Assembly: GCA_038321865.1 (NCBI GenBank)
Contig: JBBQFH010000019.1
Coordinates: 1 to 55,240 of the forward strand
Source of the DNA: Gemmatimonadales bacterium
GTDB lineage: Bacteria; Gemmatimonadota; Gemmatimonadetes; Gemmatimonadales; GWC2-71-9
Length of the DNA: 55,240 bases
Reading direction: 5' to 3'
Position 1 is the first letter of the stretch. The number at the start of each line of letters is the position of its first letter. The translations under genes were made by a program, and so were the position numbers. The notes below the pieces were generated by a model. It was not told the DNA's origin and did no database searches. It saw only the letters and a list, made by a program, of their open reading frames with translations. Shown here piece by piece: positions 45,373-55,230 of this stretch.

Positions 45373-45927
45373 ATGCCGCGCCTTCCCCGGTACCGCACCG
45401 ACAAGCTCCAGATCATCGCCGCCAGCGAGCGGCCAGCGACGTGGACCTTCACCCGGCAGCCGGTGGCGGGCACGGAGTTCAGCTACGGTGTCGTGGACGG
45501 CAACTTTCGCAGCCGCAACCTGTGGGGGTTCACGGTTCGCGTTCCCGATGGCCGCGATGAGCGCATCGAAGTCCGCCCCAGCCTCGTCCCGCCGCTCAAG
45601 GCATGGACCGGCCTCGAGCGCCGCTCGCTGACCTTCACCCGGGCCCGCCGGGCGAGCTATCGCGGCTGGCACTATTGCCAGGTCGCGCTGGCCGACCCGA
45701 GCGGCGAGCGCACCAAGGACGTCATCCGCATCGGCGAGCGTGCCACGCTGCCGCGCTGGTTCGACGACTTCTCCGCCCGGCTCCGCCGCAAGGCCACGGT
45801 GCGCGCGACCCGCGGCCACGACGGCGACGAGCTCGTGGTGCTGGTGCGGCCCGACGAGCACGAGCGGATGATCGCGCTCTTCTTCGCCAGCAAGGCATGG
45901 ATTCTCAAGGAGCGCGTGCACCTGTGA
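45373..45927 (+). CDS. Hypothetical protein
   Basis: GAGGTG RBS; strong GC3 bias; GTGA coupling to the next gene. Confidence 0.75.
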   Translation: MPRLPRYRTDKLQIIAASERPATWTFTRQPVAGTEFSYGVVDGNFRSRNLWGFTVRVPDGRDERIEVRPSLVPPLKAWTGLERRSLTFTRARRASYRGWHYCQVALADPSGERTKDVIRIGERATLPRWFDDFSARLRRKATVRATRGHDGDELVVLVRPDEHERMIALFFASKAWILKERVHL

Positions 45928-46664
45928 CCCGGCTCCCGGACCGCCGGGAATTCGTGGCGGCCGCCGCGGCCGCCGCCGGGCTGGCCGCGCTCTCGCTCCC
46001 GGCGTCCGCATCGCCATCGCCGAGCCCGGCCGCGCCGTCGCTGACGATTCTGTTCCAGGGCGACTCGATCACCGATGCGGGCCGCACTCGTGACGTCACC
46101 GGCCCCAATCTCGCCGCCGGTCTGGGGGCAGGCTATCCATACCTCATCGCGGCCGCGCAGCTCGCCCGGCACCCCGAGCGAGGCTTCCGCTTCTTCGATC
46201 GCGGTGTCAGCGGGAACAAGATTCCCGATCTCGCCGCGCGCTGGCAGTCCGACACCCTTGCCCTCGCGCCCGATGTGTTGAGCGTGCTGATGGGCGTGAA
46301 CGATTTCTGGCACCGGCTCCTGACCGGCTACGCCGGCACGGTGCAGGACTTCGAGACCGGCTACACCGCGCTGCTCGAATCGGCGCGGCAGGCGAGGCCG
46401 GGGGTCCGGCTCGTCGTGCTGGAGCCGTTCGCGCTTCGGACCGGGGCGGTGGACGCCCGCTGGTTTCCGGAATTCGACCAGCGGCGGGCGGCCGCCGCGC
46501 GCGTGGCCCGCGCGGTCCGCGCGACGTTCATTCCCCTGCAGGCGATGTTCGACCGCCTGATACAGAAGGTGCCGCCGGCCTGGTGGGCAGCCGACGGCGT
46601 CCATCCGACTCCGGCCGGCCACGCCGCGATCGCGGCGGCGTGGCAGGAGGCGGTCAGGCTGTGA
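45924..46664 (+). CDS. Tat-exported SGNH/GDSL hydrolase
   Basis: DRREFV; FQGDSITD, GVSG, GVND, DGVHP. Confidence 0.92.
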   Translation: MTRLPDRREFVAAAAAAAGLAALSLPASASPSPSPAAPSLTILFQGDSITDAGRTRDVTGPNLAAGLGAGYPYLIAAAQLARHPERGFRFFDRGVSGNKIPDLAARWQSDTLALAPDVLSVLMGVNDFWHRLLTGYAGTVQDFETGYTALLESARQARPGVRLVVLEPFALRTGAVDARWFPEFDQRRAAAARVARAVRATFIPLQAMFDRLIQKVPPAWWAADGVHPTPAGHAAIAAAWQEAVRL

Positions 46665-46670
46665 GTGCGG

Positions 46671-49600
46671 TCACCCGGCGGCGACGGCGCCCGCCGGGGT
46701 ACGATCTTCCGATCGGACCGGCACCGCGCCCTTGTTCCGCCGGCTGAAGCGCTGCTGGAACGCGTCCATGTAAGTGTAGACCACCGGCGTGATGTACAGC
46801 GTGATGATCTGCGAGAAGAACAACCCGCCCACCACCGCCACACCGAGCGGCCGTCTCGACTCGGCGCCGGCACCCGCACCGAGCGCGATCGGCAGCGTGC
46901 CCATGAGGGCCGCCATCGTCGTCATCATGATCGGGCGGAACCGCACGTGTGCCGCCTCGAGAATCGCCTCGCGCGGGCTCTTTCCCTCGTTGCGCTCCGC
47001 TTCCACCGCGAAGTCGATCATCATGATCGCGTTCTTCTTCACCAGGCCGATCAGCATGATGATGCCCACGAAGGCGTAGACTGTCAGCTCCATCCCGAAA
47101 ATGTAGAGCACCAGGAGCGCGCCGAATCCGGCGAACGGCAGGCCGGAGAGAATCGTGAGCGGGTGGACGAAGCTCTCGTACAGGATGCCCAGCACCAGGT
47201 AGATCACGAGGATCGCGAGCAGCAGCAGGATCAGGAGGCCCTGCTGTGCGGCCTGGAACGCCTGCGCGGTACCGGAGAAGCCGGTGCTGATGCTGGCGGG
47301 GAGCGTCTGCCGCGCCGCCTCTTCGACCCGCGCCGTCGCCTCGCCGAGGGACACGCCGGGCAGCAGGTTGAACGAGAGCGTGACCGAGGGCAGCTGGCCC
47401 GAGTGATTGACCGACAGCGGCCCGGTGGACGGCGTGACCCTGGCCAGCGAGCCGAGCGGCACGGCCTCGCCGGTGCGGCCGCTGATGTGCAGCAGGTTGA
47501 GCGCGCTCAGGTCGCGCTGGTACTGCGGCAGCAGCTCCATCACCACCCAGTACTGATTGGTGGACGTCAGAATGGTGCTCACCTGCCGCGCGCCGTACGC
47601 GTTGTACAGCGCGGTCTCGATCTGCGTCACGTCGATGCCCAGCGCCGACGCGCGGTCGCGGTCGATCGTCACCTGCACCTGCGGGTTCTTGATCTGCAGG
47701 TCACTGGTGACGTCGGTCAGGCCGGGGAGGGTGTGCATCTTCGCCTCCATCCTGGCCGCGCCCTGGTACAGCCCGCTGATATCCCCGCCCTGCAGGGTGA
47801 ACTGGTACTGGCTCTTGCTCTGGCGGCCGCCGATGTTGATCGGCGGCGGGTTGACGACGTACACCCGCATGCCCGGCACCACCCCGAGCTTGGCGGTGAG
47901 CGAGCGGGCCACCTCGTCGGCTAAGAGCGTCCGCTGGTTCCGCGGCTTGAGATGAATGAACAGGCGGCCCTGGTTGGTCGAGCCGTTTCCCACCGCCGAC
48001 ATGAACCCCTCGACGTTGGGATCCTCCTGCACGATCGCGGCGGCCGCCACCTGGTGCTGCAGCATGTTGTCGAAGCTGGTGCCTTCACTGGTTTCGGTCG
48101 TTGCCTGCAGCTGTCCCTGGTCCTCGCTCGGGATGAATCCTTTCGGCACCAGCGTGAACAGCACGCCGGTCGCGATCAGGATCGCCAGGCTGAAGGCCAT
48201 CGCCAGGCCGCGCCGGTCCATCACCCAGCCCAGCGTCCGCGTGTACCATGCCAGCGACGCATCGAACGCACGTTCAGTGGCGCGGTAGAACCGCCCGTGC
48301 CGCTCATCGCTCGCGTGCGGCTGCAGCCAGCGGCTGCAGAGCATTGGCGTCAGCGTGAGCGAGACGAAACCGGAGACCAGGATGGCGACGCCGATGGTGA
48401 CCGCGAACTCGTGGAACAGCCGCCCGATCAGTCCGCCCAGGAACAGCACCGGGATGAACACCGCCACCAGCGAGAGCGTCATGGACAGGATGGTGAAACC
48501 GATCTCCCGGCTGCCGCGGAGTGCCGCGTCCATCACCGGCTCCCCCTTCTCGATGTGCCGGACGATGTTTTCCAGCATCACGATCGCATCGTCCACCACG
48601 AACCCGACGCTCAGCGTAAGCGCCATGAGCGACAGGTTGTCGAGGCTGAACCCCAGGAGGTACATCACCGAGAAGGTGCCGACGAGCGACATCGGCAGCG
48701 CGAGGCTCGGAATGATCGTCGCGCGGACATTCCGCAGGAAGACGAAGATCACCATCACGACCAGGGCCAGCGTCAGCAGCAGCGTGAACTTCACGTCCGA
48801 GACCGACTCCTCGATCGACTCCGACCGGTCGTACAGCGTCGCGATGTCCACCGACGCCGGCAGCTGTGTGCGCAGTTTGGTGATCGCGTCCTTCACCCGC
48901 CCCGCCACCGCCACAGTGTTGGTGCCGGGCTGCCGCTGCACCGCGAGCACGATCGCCCGGCGCCCGTTGAACCAGCTCGCGCTGCGGTTGTTCTGCACGC
49001 TGTCGATCACCCGGCCGAGATCGCGGAGGCGCACCGGCGCCCCGTTCTGGTAGGTCACGATCAGCGCGCCGAAACCGGCGGCGTTGGTCAGCTGGCCGTT
49101 GGATTCCACCGCGTAGGCCTTGTCCGTGCCCCAAAGCGTGCCGGTGGGCAGGCTGGCGTTGCCGTTCTGCACCGCCTGCGACACCTGGTCGATGCCGATG
49201 TTGCGCGCCGCCAGCTGCTGCGGATCGAGCTGGATGCGCACCGCATACTTCTGCGCCCCGTACACCTGCACCTGCGCCACCCCGTCCACCGTCGACAGCT
49301 GCTGCGCCAGCGTCGTCTCGGCGTATTCGTCGAGCTCCGGCAGCGGCAGCGTCGTGGTGCGGAGGGCGTAGTAGAGAATGGGGCTGGAAGACGGATCCAC
49401 CTTCCGGAAGCTCGGCGGCAGCATGCCCTGGGGCAGCTGGCGCAGCGTCTGCGAAATCGCCGCCTGCACGTCCTGGGCGGCGGCATCCACGTTCCGATCC
49501 AGGGAGAACTGCAGGGTGATCGACGTGCCGCCCTGGCTGCTGTTCGACGTCATCGCGTCGACGCCCGCGATCGTGGAGAACGACTTCTCCAGCGGCGTCG

Positions 49601-49790
49601 CGACCGAGGCCGCCATCGTCTCCGGGCTGGCGCCCGAGAGGCTCGCGTTGACGTTGATCGTCGGATAGTCGACCGTCGGCAGGTCGCTCACGGGCAGCAG
49701 CTGGTACGCCGCCAGGCCGAAGATCAGGATTCCTACCATGACCAGCGTCGTCATGATGGGTCGGCGGATGAACAGCTCGGCGATGTTCAT
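46671..49790 (-). CDS. RND efflux permease (MdtB/MdtC-like, HAE1)
   Basis: FIRRPI, GFVVDDAIVM, VKKNAIMMIDFA, RFRPIMMTT; 1039 aa. Confidence 0.96.
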   Translation of the reverse strand: MNIAELFIRRPIMTTLVMVGILIFGLAAYQLLPVSDLPTVDYPTINVNASLSGASPETMAASVATPLEKSFSTIAGVDAMTSNSSQGGTSITLQFSLDRNVDAAAQDVQAAISQTLRQLPQGMLPPSFRKVDPSSSPILYYALRTTTLPLPELDEYAETTLAQQLSTVDGVAQVQVYGAQKYAVRIQLDPQQLAARNIGIDQVSQAVQNGNASLPTGTLWGTDKAYAVESNGQLTNAAGFGALIVTYQNGAPVRLRDLGRVIDSVQNNRSASWFNGRRAIVLAVQRQPGTNTVAVAGRVKDAITKLRTQLPASVDIATLYDRSESIEESVSDVKFTLLLTLALVVMVIFVFLRNVRATIIPSLALPMSLVGTFSVMYLLGFSLDNLSLMALTLSVGFVVDDAIVMLENIVRHIEKGEPVMDAALRGSREIGFTILSMTLSLVAVFIPVLFLGGLIGRLFHEFAVTIGVAILVSGFVSLTLTPMLCSRWLQPHASDERHGRFYRATERAFDASLAWYTRTLGWVMDRRGLAMAFSLAILIATGVLFTLVPKGFIPSEDQGQLQATTETSEGTSFDNMLQHQVAAAAIVQEDPNVEGFMSAVGNGSTNQGRLFIHLKPRNQRTLLADEVARSLTAKLGVVPGMRVYVVNPPPINIGGRQSKSQYQFTLQGGDISGLYQGAARMEAKMHTLPGLTDVTSDLQIKNPQVQVTIDRDRASALGIDVTQIETALYNAYGARQVSTILTSTNQYWVVMELLPQYQRDLSALNLLHISGRTGEAVPLGSLARVTPSTGPLSVNHSGQLPSVTLSFNLLPGVSLGEATARVEEAARQTLPASISTGFSGTAQAFQAAQQGLLILLLLAILVIYLVLGILYESFVHPLTILSGLPFAGFGALLVLYIFGMELTVYAFVGIIMLIGLVKKNAIMMIDFAVEAERNEGKSPREAILEAAHVRFRPIMMTTMAALMGTLPIALGAGAGAESRRPLGVAVVGGLFFSQIITLYITPVVYTYMDAFQQRFSRRNKGAVPVRSEDRTPAGAVAAG

Positions 49791-50920
49791 GGTGTTCTCC
49801 TGCGGCCGCTGTCCGCGGCTACCGTGCTGTCGGGCGCCGCCTGGATCTGCACCCGCGCGCCCGGCCTGAGCCGGAGCTGGCCGTCGGTGACGACGCGGTC
49901 ACCCGGCTTGACGCCGCCTTCGATGACGATCAAGTCGCCGGCCGTGCGCAGCGGCTTCACCGGGCGCATGGCGACGGTGTCCCCGCTGACCACGAAGACG
50001 TAGCTGCCCTGCTGCCCGGCGACCACCGCCGTCGCTGGCACCGTCAGCGCGTTCTGGTCCACGTACAGCCCCAGCCGGACGTTGACGAACTCACCGGGCC
50101 AGAGAACGCCGTCGGCGTTGGGAAAGGTGCCCTTGAGGAGGATCGTGCCGGTCGTGGTGTCCACCGCGTTGTCGATGAAGCTCAGCGTTCCGTCCACTCC
50201 CTGCCCGCCTGAGGTCGGCACGGCGTGCACCGGAACATCCTTCCCCCCGCGCGACTGAATGAGGCCGAGCTGTGCGGCCGGCACCGCGAACCGGACCAGG
50301 ATCGGCCGGATCTGATTGATGGTGACGAGCGACGTAGTGGCTCCGGTCCGGACCAGATTGCCCTCGCGCACCGCGAGACTGCCGGTCTTGCCGGCGATCG
50401 GCGCGCGAATCGTCGCGTACTGCAGGTCCAGCCGAGCCGCATCCACGGCCGCCTGGCTGCCGGCTTGCGTCGCCTGGGCCGCGGCCGCGCCGGTGCGCGA
50501 CTGGTCGTACTGCTCCGCGGTGACGTACTCCTTCTGTGCCAGCGCCTGATATCGCTTCGCCTGCTGGTCGGCATTCGCGGCCTGGGCGCGGTCGCGCGCG
50601 AGCGCCGCCTGCGCCTGTGCCAGCGCCGCCTGGAACGGCCGCGGGTCGATCTGGAAGAGCACCTGCCCCTTCGTCACTTCCTGGCCTTCCCTGAATGCGA
50701 CGCGAATGACCGGACCGCTCACCTGCGGTTGCACCGCGACCGTCTGCAGCGGCTCGACCGTGCCGTTCGATTCGATGATGAAAGGCACCGCACGTTGCGC
50801 GGCGGCCCCGACGGTCACCGGCACGGGCGGCGGCGGCGGCGGATCCTGCTTGGAGCAGGCCGCGGTGAACGCCACCAGCGACATGAGCACGACGGAGCGG
50901 GGCGAAAAGAATCTCATCAT
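49787..50920 (-). CDS. RND membrane-fusion protein (MdtA-like)
   Basis: Lipobox TAAC; GQVLFQIDPRP, IRAPIAG, IDNAVDTTTGT. Confidence 0.95.
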   Translation of the reverse strand: MMRFFSPRSVVLMSLVAFTAACSKQDPPPPPPVPVTVGAAAQRAVPFIIESNGTVEPLQTVAVQPQVSGPVIRVAFREGQEVTKGQVLFQIDPRPFQAALAQAQAALARDRAQAANADQQAKRYQALAQKEYVTAEQYDQSRTGAAAAQATQAGSQAAVDAARLDLQYATIRAPIAGKTGSLAVREGNLVRTGATTSLVTINQIRPILVRFAVPAAQLGLIQSRGGKDVPVHAVPTSGGQGVDGTLSFIDNAVDTTTGTILLKGTFPNADGVLWPGEFVNVRLGLYVDQNALTVPATAVVAGQQGSYVFVVSGDTVAMRPVKPLRTAGDLIVIEGGVKPGDRVVTDGQLRLRPGARVQIQAAPDSTVAADSGRRRTP

Positions 50921-52392
50921 CGAGTCGGGGCCGTGTTGGTATCCGGAGGGATGGGCGCAAGGTGCAGCGGATTGCCGCCCCGGGCGTCGAGGAGGCCGGC
51001 ATCGTGCGCCAGCTGCGCCAGACTCACGCTCCAGGCCAGCCGCGCCTGAACCCGCTGCGAGCGCGCGTCGGCCAATGCAGTCTGCGCCGCGAGCAGGTCG
51101 AGTACGGTGCCGACACCCTCGCGATAGCGGCCGAGTGCCACTTCACTCGACTGCTGGGCACTGGCGAGAAGGTCGTCGGCGGTCCGCACGCGTCGCGTGG
51201 CGGTCTGCAAGGTGTAGTAGGAGTTGAATACGTCGTAAACCACCCGCTGGCGCACCGCATCGGCCTGGGCACGGGCAGCCTCGGCCAGGAATTCCGACGC
51301 CCGGAGGTCGTACTGCCGGGAAAAACCGGAGAAGAGCGGAATGCTCAGCCCGAGCGAGATGGTGTAGGTGTTGGAGCCATTCGGAATGCTGCTGGTGTAG
51401 GGACGACCCGCGTTTGCCGACACGCTGAGCGAAGGCAGAAGCGCGCTGCGGGCGTCACTCACGCGCGCGCCGGCGGCCTGTGCCTGGGCCTGCGCGGCGG
51501 CCAGATCGGGGCGCCCGCGCACCGCCGCGGCGATCAGACCGTCCACGCTGTCCGCGATCTGCGCGATCGGCGCCTCGGCCGCGGTGGAGTCCACGTCGTA
51601 CGGCAGATTCGCCGGGAGGCCCAGCGAGAGCGCCAGCGCGGCGCGCGTGGTCTGGATGCTCCCTTCGGTCGATTCGAGCGTCAGCCGCGCCTGGCTCGCC
51701 GCGGTCCGGGCCTGCAGCACGTCGGCGATCGTCGCGACACCCACCCGCCGCCGTTCCTCTGCGGCGGTGAGATTGGTCTCCGCCTCGCGCAGCGTCGTCC
51801 GCTGGGCCCCCAGCAGCGCCCGTGTCGCGACATACTGGAAGTAGCCGACCTCGATCTGCAGCACGACATCCTCGATCGCGGCGTTGTGGCTGAACGCCGC
51901 CGCCAGCGCCTGATCGCGTGCGGCGCCCACCCGTCCGCTCCGCCCGCCGAAATCGAACAACAGGTACGAGAGCGTGACGCTGGGCTGCAGCACCGACTGC
52001 TTGACGGCGGTGCGGCCCTGGGTCGCGGCCGTCTTGATGCGCGAGGCGGTGACATCGGCGTCGATGGTCGGCAGCCACTCGCCGCGCTGCGAGCCGTAGG
52101 ACGCCGCTGCCGCCTGCGCGTTGGCCCAGGCGATCCGGGTCGCGGTATTGTTGCGCAGGCCGTAGTCCACGATGTCGGCCAGGGTGAGCTGATGGATGCG
52201 TGCTCCGAGATCGGCCGGGATCGGCGCGGTGGGCGCGGTGTCGCGGGCCAACCGGGTCAGGGTCGCGGCCGGAGGTGTCCAGGCGACATTCGGCGTCGGA
52301 GACGACGGCGCGCCTCCCACACTCGGCGTGCCGACGCAGGCGGAGAGCCCGAACAGGAGCGGCGCCGCGGCGCGGAGCGGCGAACGCGTCAT
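50917..52392 (-). CDS. TolC-family outer-membrane efflux lipoprotein
   Basis: Lipobox LSAC; LLFDFG, IPLFSG, RYREGVGTVLDLL. Confidence 0.93.
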   Translation of the reverse strand: MTRSPLRAAAPLLFGLSACVGTPSVGGAPSSPTPNVAWTPPAATLTRLARDTAPTAPIPADLGARIHQLTLADIVDYGLRNNTATRIAWANAQAAAASYGSQRGEWLPTIDADVTASRIKTAATQGRTAVKQSVLQPSVTLSYLLFDFGGRSGRVGAARDQALAAAFSHNAAIEDVVLQIEVGYFQYVATRALLGAQRTTLREAETNLTAAEERRRVGVATIADVLQARTAASQARLTLESTEGSIQTTRAALALSLGLPANLPYDVDSTAAEAPIAQIADSVDGLIAAAVRGRPDLAAAQAQAQAAGARVSDARSALLPSLSVSANAGRPYTSSIPNGSNTYTISLGLSIPLFSGFSRQYDLRASEFLAEAARAQADAVRQRVVYDVFNSYYTLQTATRRVRTADDLLASAQQSSEVALGRYREGVGTVLDLLAAQTALADARSQRVQARLAWSVSLAQLAHDAGLLDARGGNPLHLAPIPPDTNTAPTR

Positions 52393-52868
52393 CGCGCGCT
52401 GCCCGCGTCGGATCGGTGGCGGTGGGCCGGCCGCCAGCGGGCGAGCGCATGCGTGATCGCCTGCGCCATGTAGCTGTACTCGGCCTCGAACCGGGCCAGC
52501 CGCTGGCCGACGGCGGGACTACGCAGCGGAAGCGAGCGCCGTGCTTCCCCGACCGCTTCCGTGAAGCTCTGCCACCGGGCCAGTCTCTGTTCCATCATGT
52601 GGGTGAAGAGATCGGGCGTGATCCGGTAATAGTCTCGGCGGTCGCCCGGCCGGGTCATCGGCTCGAGTACGCCCTGGTCGGCGAGCAGCCTCGCGTTGGT
52701 GCTCACGCTCGCCTTGCTCACGTCCAGCGCCCCGGCCACCTCGTCGAGCGAGCACGGCTCGTCGCGCAGCAGCAGGAGGCCGAATATCCGGCCCGCGATA
52801 GGAGGGAAGCCATCTGCTTCGAGAATCTGCCCGATTCGTTCAGTGAACCGGGCGGTGTGGGCGTCCAT
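52389..52868 (-). CDS. GbsR/MarR-type transcriptional regulator
   Basis: GRIFGLLLL, SLDEVA..L.VSKASVSTN.R.L, PGDRRDYY; GGAG RBS. Confidence 0.9.
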   Translation of the reverse strand: MDAHTARFTERIGQILEADGFPPIAGRIFGLLLLRDEPCSLDEVAGALDVSKASVSTNARLLADQGVLEPMTRPGDRRDYYRITPDLFTHMMEQRLARWQSFTEAVGEARRSLPLRSPAVGQRLARFEAEYSYMAQAITHALARWRPAHRHRSDAGSAR

Positions 52869-52903
52869 TGGGCTCCAACGGTCAGAGGAAATCACCGTTA
52901 GAT

Positions 52904-52925
52904 ACGTTCAGTCGCGGCTGAATGT
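52904..52925. promoter_or_regulatory. Palindromic operator candidate upstream of the efflux operon
   Basis: ACGTTCAG-N6-CTGAATGT. Confidence 0.6.
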
Positions 52926-52979
52926 TGCATGATCGGGAAATCCGGCCTGCGGAGGGCGCCCTATTGCGGCTGGAGTCGA

Positions 52980-53347
52980 TCACCCCAGAGATACGTCACG
53001 GCGGTGCGGCAATGGGCGGCACCAAGACAGCAAGTTGCGCGCCCACCGGTTTTTCCGGTGCCGCCGAGCGTCAGCCGAAACGCCCACTACGCGTTCGCCG
53101 GGGGCAAAGGCGATCCCGATCACCCGGACCTCCCGCCGCGACAGCATGATCACGTCGACGCGGCAGCGCCCGTCGGCGGTGAAGACCGGGAACGGCACCG
53201 CGCGCGCAAAGACCCGGACACTGTCGTCCGGGCTCAGGAGGGCGAAGAGCGGCCCCCGGGTGTCTGGGCCGCGGCCGTGCCGGCGCTGAACAAGGCGATC
53301 GCGCCGAGCAGCCCGATTCCGCTGAGGGTGACGCGGAGGGAGGACAT
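52980..53347 (-). pseudogene. Frameshifted or degraded exported-protein gene
   Basis: Signal peptide frame stops at 53234; protein-like sequence continues in another frame from about 53255. Confidence 0.5.
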
Positions 53348-53383
53348 CAGTGGCCTAGGCGTACGGGTCGGGCCCGGTGTGCG

Positions 53384-53608
53384 CTAGCGGTCGGTGGCGC
53401 GAGTCCGGCTGGCGAGGTCGAGGCGGGCCCGGTCGCCGCGGAATTCGAAGTGCTGCTCGTCCAGCACCCGGGCCAGGGAGCCGGCATCGCCGGCGGTCCG
53501 GATCCGGGCCAGGCGGCGAGCCGAGATCAGGGCCGCGGGGTACCATTCCCCGGGGTCGATCTCGGGATAGAGCGCGGAGAACTCGGGCTTGAGACGGGCT
53601 TCGCGCAT
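53384..53608 (-). CDS. Small hypothetical protein
   Basis: MREARLKPEFSALYP...W...RVLDEQHFEFRG; start at 53608 or 53620. Confidence 0.7.
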   Translation of the reverse strand: MREARLKPEFSALYPEIDPGEWYPAALISARRLARIRTAGDAGSLARVLDEQHFEFRGDRARLDLASRTRATDR

Positions 53609-53695
53609 TGCGGCTCTCATGGTGGGGCGGTCGAGGCGACCGCCGCTGCTTCAAGGTAGAAGGCTGATGCCGACCTGTCTAATCGGGGGCGCGTC

Positions 53696-54364
53696 ATGAC
53701 GATATCCGAACACCGCCTGGAGGTGCCTCGATCCGCCCGTTATTACCTCTGGGGTGACCCGGCATCCGACATCGGGGATCTGTGGGTGGTGCTGCACGGC
53801 TACGGCCAGCTGGCGCGCGACCTGCTCGCGGCCTGCCATCCGCTGGCGGGCCCCGGCCGGCTGCTGGTCGCGCCGGAGGCGCTGTCGCGATTCTATGGTG
53901 GACCGGCCGACCATGGCGGCCATGCCGAGACGGCGGTCGGCGCGTCGTGGATGACGCGGGAGGACCGCGAGCACGAGATTGCCGACTACGTGCGCTATCT
54001 CGACCTGCTGCATCGCCGGATCGTGGCGACGCTCTCCGGGCCGCCGGCCCGGCTGCACGTGCTCGGCTTTTCCCAGGGGGCGGCCACGGCGGCGCGCTGG
54101 GCAACCCTCGGCGCGGTCACCACACCACATCTCGTGCTCTGGGCCGGCATCGCCCCGGCCGACCTGGGTCAGGAGGCGCTGGCGCGACTGCGGGGCGTCC
54201 GGGTGGACTGCGTCCACGGTGAGCACGATGCCATTACACGCCCGGCGGATATCGCGGTCGCCGCCGACCGGCTCACGGCCGCTGGCGCGGAGGTGCGGAC
54301 CATGACGTTTCCCGGCGGACATCGACTGGATTCAGCTACGCTGCACCGACTGGTGCCCGGCTGA
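53696..54364 (+). CDS. Phospholipase/carboxylesterase family hydrolase
   Basis: LHGYGQ, SWMTREDR, GFSQG, GEHD, GGH. Confidence 0.9.
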   Translation: MTISEHRLEVPRSARYYLWGDPASDIGDLWVVLHGYGQLARDLLAACHPLAGPGRLLVAPEALSRFYGGPADHGGHAETAVGASWMTREDREHEIADYVRYLDLLHRRIVATLSGPPARLHVLGFSQGAATAARWATLGAVTTPHLVLWAGIAPADLGQEALARLRGVRVDCVHGEHDAITRPADIAVAADRLTAAGAEVRTMTFPGGHRLDSATLHRLVPG

Positions 54365-54433
54365 GCGATCCCGACCCATGCTCCGCCCGCGCCAGGGCGG
54401 TGCCGGCGGTCTGCGCATACATTACGACATCCC

Positions 54434-54799
54434 ATGACGCCTCCCGTGAAACCGCCCAAGCGCCCCGGCAGCCTCTACAGCGGAATGAACTGGATGGGCG
54501 GCCTGTCCCTGCTGCTCTTCTGGCTCCCGGTATTCGGGCCACTGATCGCCGGGCTGGTCGGGGGTTACAAGGCCGGCGATATCCGCCGGGCCTTGCTGGC
54601 CGTGTTTCTTCCGGGCGTGGGGCTTGGCATTCTCCTGGCCGCGGGCGTCGGGTGGCTCACCCACTTTGCGCTCTGGGGGCTTCTGGCCGGCTTGGGCGGG
54701 CTGGTGCTGGCGTTCATCAATGTCGGACCGATGCTGCTGGGCGCGCTCACGGGCGGGATCGCCGCGCAGCTCAACCATCGCCTGCGAGGAGCGCCATGA
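54434..54799 (+). CDS. Gly-rich membrane protein
   Basis: LPVFGPLIAGLVGG; about four TMs. Confidence 0.75.
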   Translation: MTPPVKPPKRPGSLYSGMNWMGGLSLLLFWLPVFGPLIAGLVGGYKAGDIRRALLAVFLPGVGLGILLAAGVGWLTHFALWGLLAGLGGLVLAFINVGPMLLGALTGGIAAQLNHRLRGAP

Positions 54800-55230
54800 C
54801 CGGGAAGTCGTCGCGACGCACCCAGCTGATCGTGCTGTTGCTGGTGGTCCTGGCCGGGCTGGGTGCCGTGTTCGGGCCCGGTCTGGTGGCCCGGCGGCGG
54901 GCTCGGGAGTTCACGCCGGTGATGGAGGCGTTCGTGGCCGCAGCCGTCGCCGGTGACTCCGTGGCGCTCGAGCGGCTCACCGTCCGGCCCGGCCCGGTCC
55001 GCTGGGCGATGGCAATGCGGCAGTCCGATCCAGGTCTCTTTCCGCTCGCCGCCCGCGGGCTTCGGCCGAGCGTGCTCGGCCCGGACACCGGGCTGGTCCG
55101 CGTCTTCTTCCGGTTCCGCCGGAATTTCGAGGTGACTGGCTGCCGGTTCCCCTACGAAGGGATCTTCTCCGCGTTTCGCCGGGCTCCGGCGGGCTGGCGG
55201 CTGGTCCAGGCCGGCCTCGGGCCCTGCTGA
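54796..55230 (+). CDS. Hypothetical membrane-anchored protein
   Basis: GAGGAG RBS; ATGA overlap; N-terminal TM. Confidence 0.65.
   Translation: MTGKSSRRTQLIVLLLVVLAGLGAVFGPGLVARRRAREFTPVMEAFVAAAVAGDSVALERLTVRPGPVRWAMAMRQSDPGLFPLAARGLRPSVLGPDTGLVRVFFRFRRNFEVTGCRFPYEGIFSAFRRAPAGWRLVQAGLGPC

Noticed and set aside
53234..53236. Selenocysteine TGA readthrough
   Set aside because: The plausible continuation is in a different frame, and there is no redox motif context
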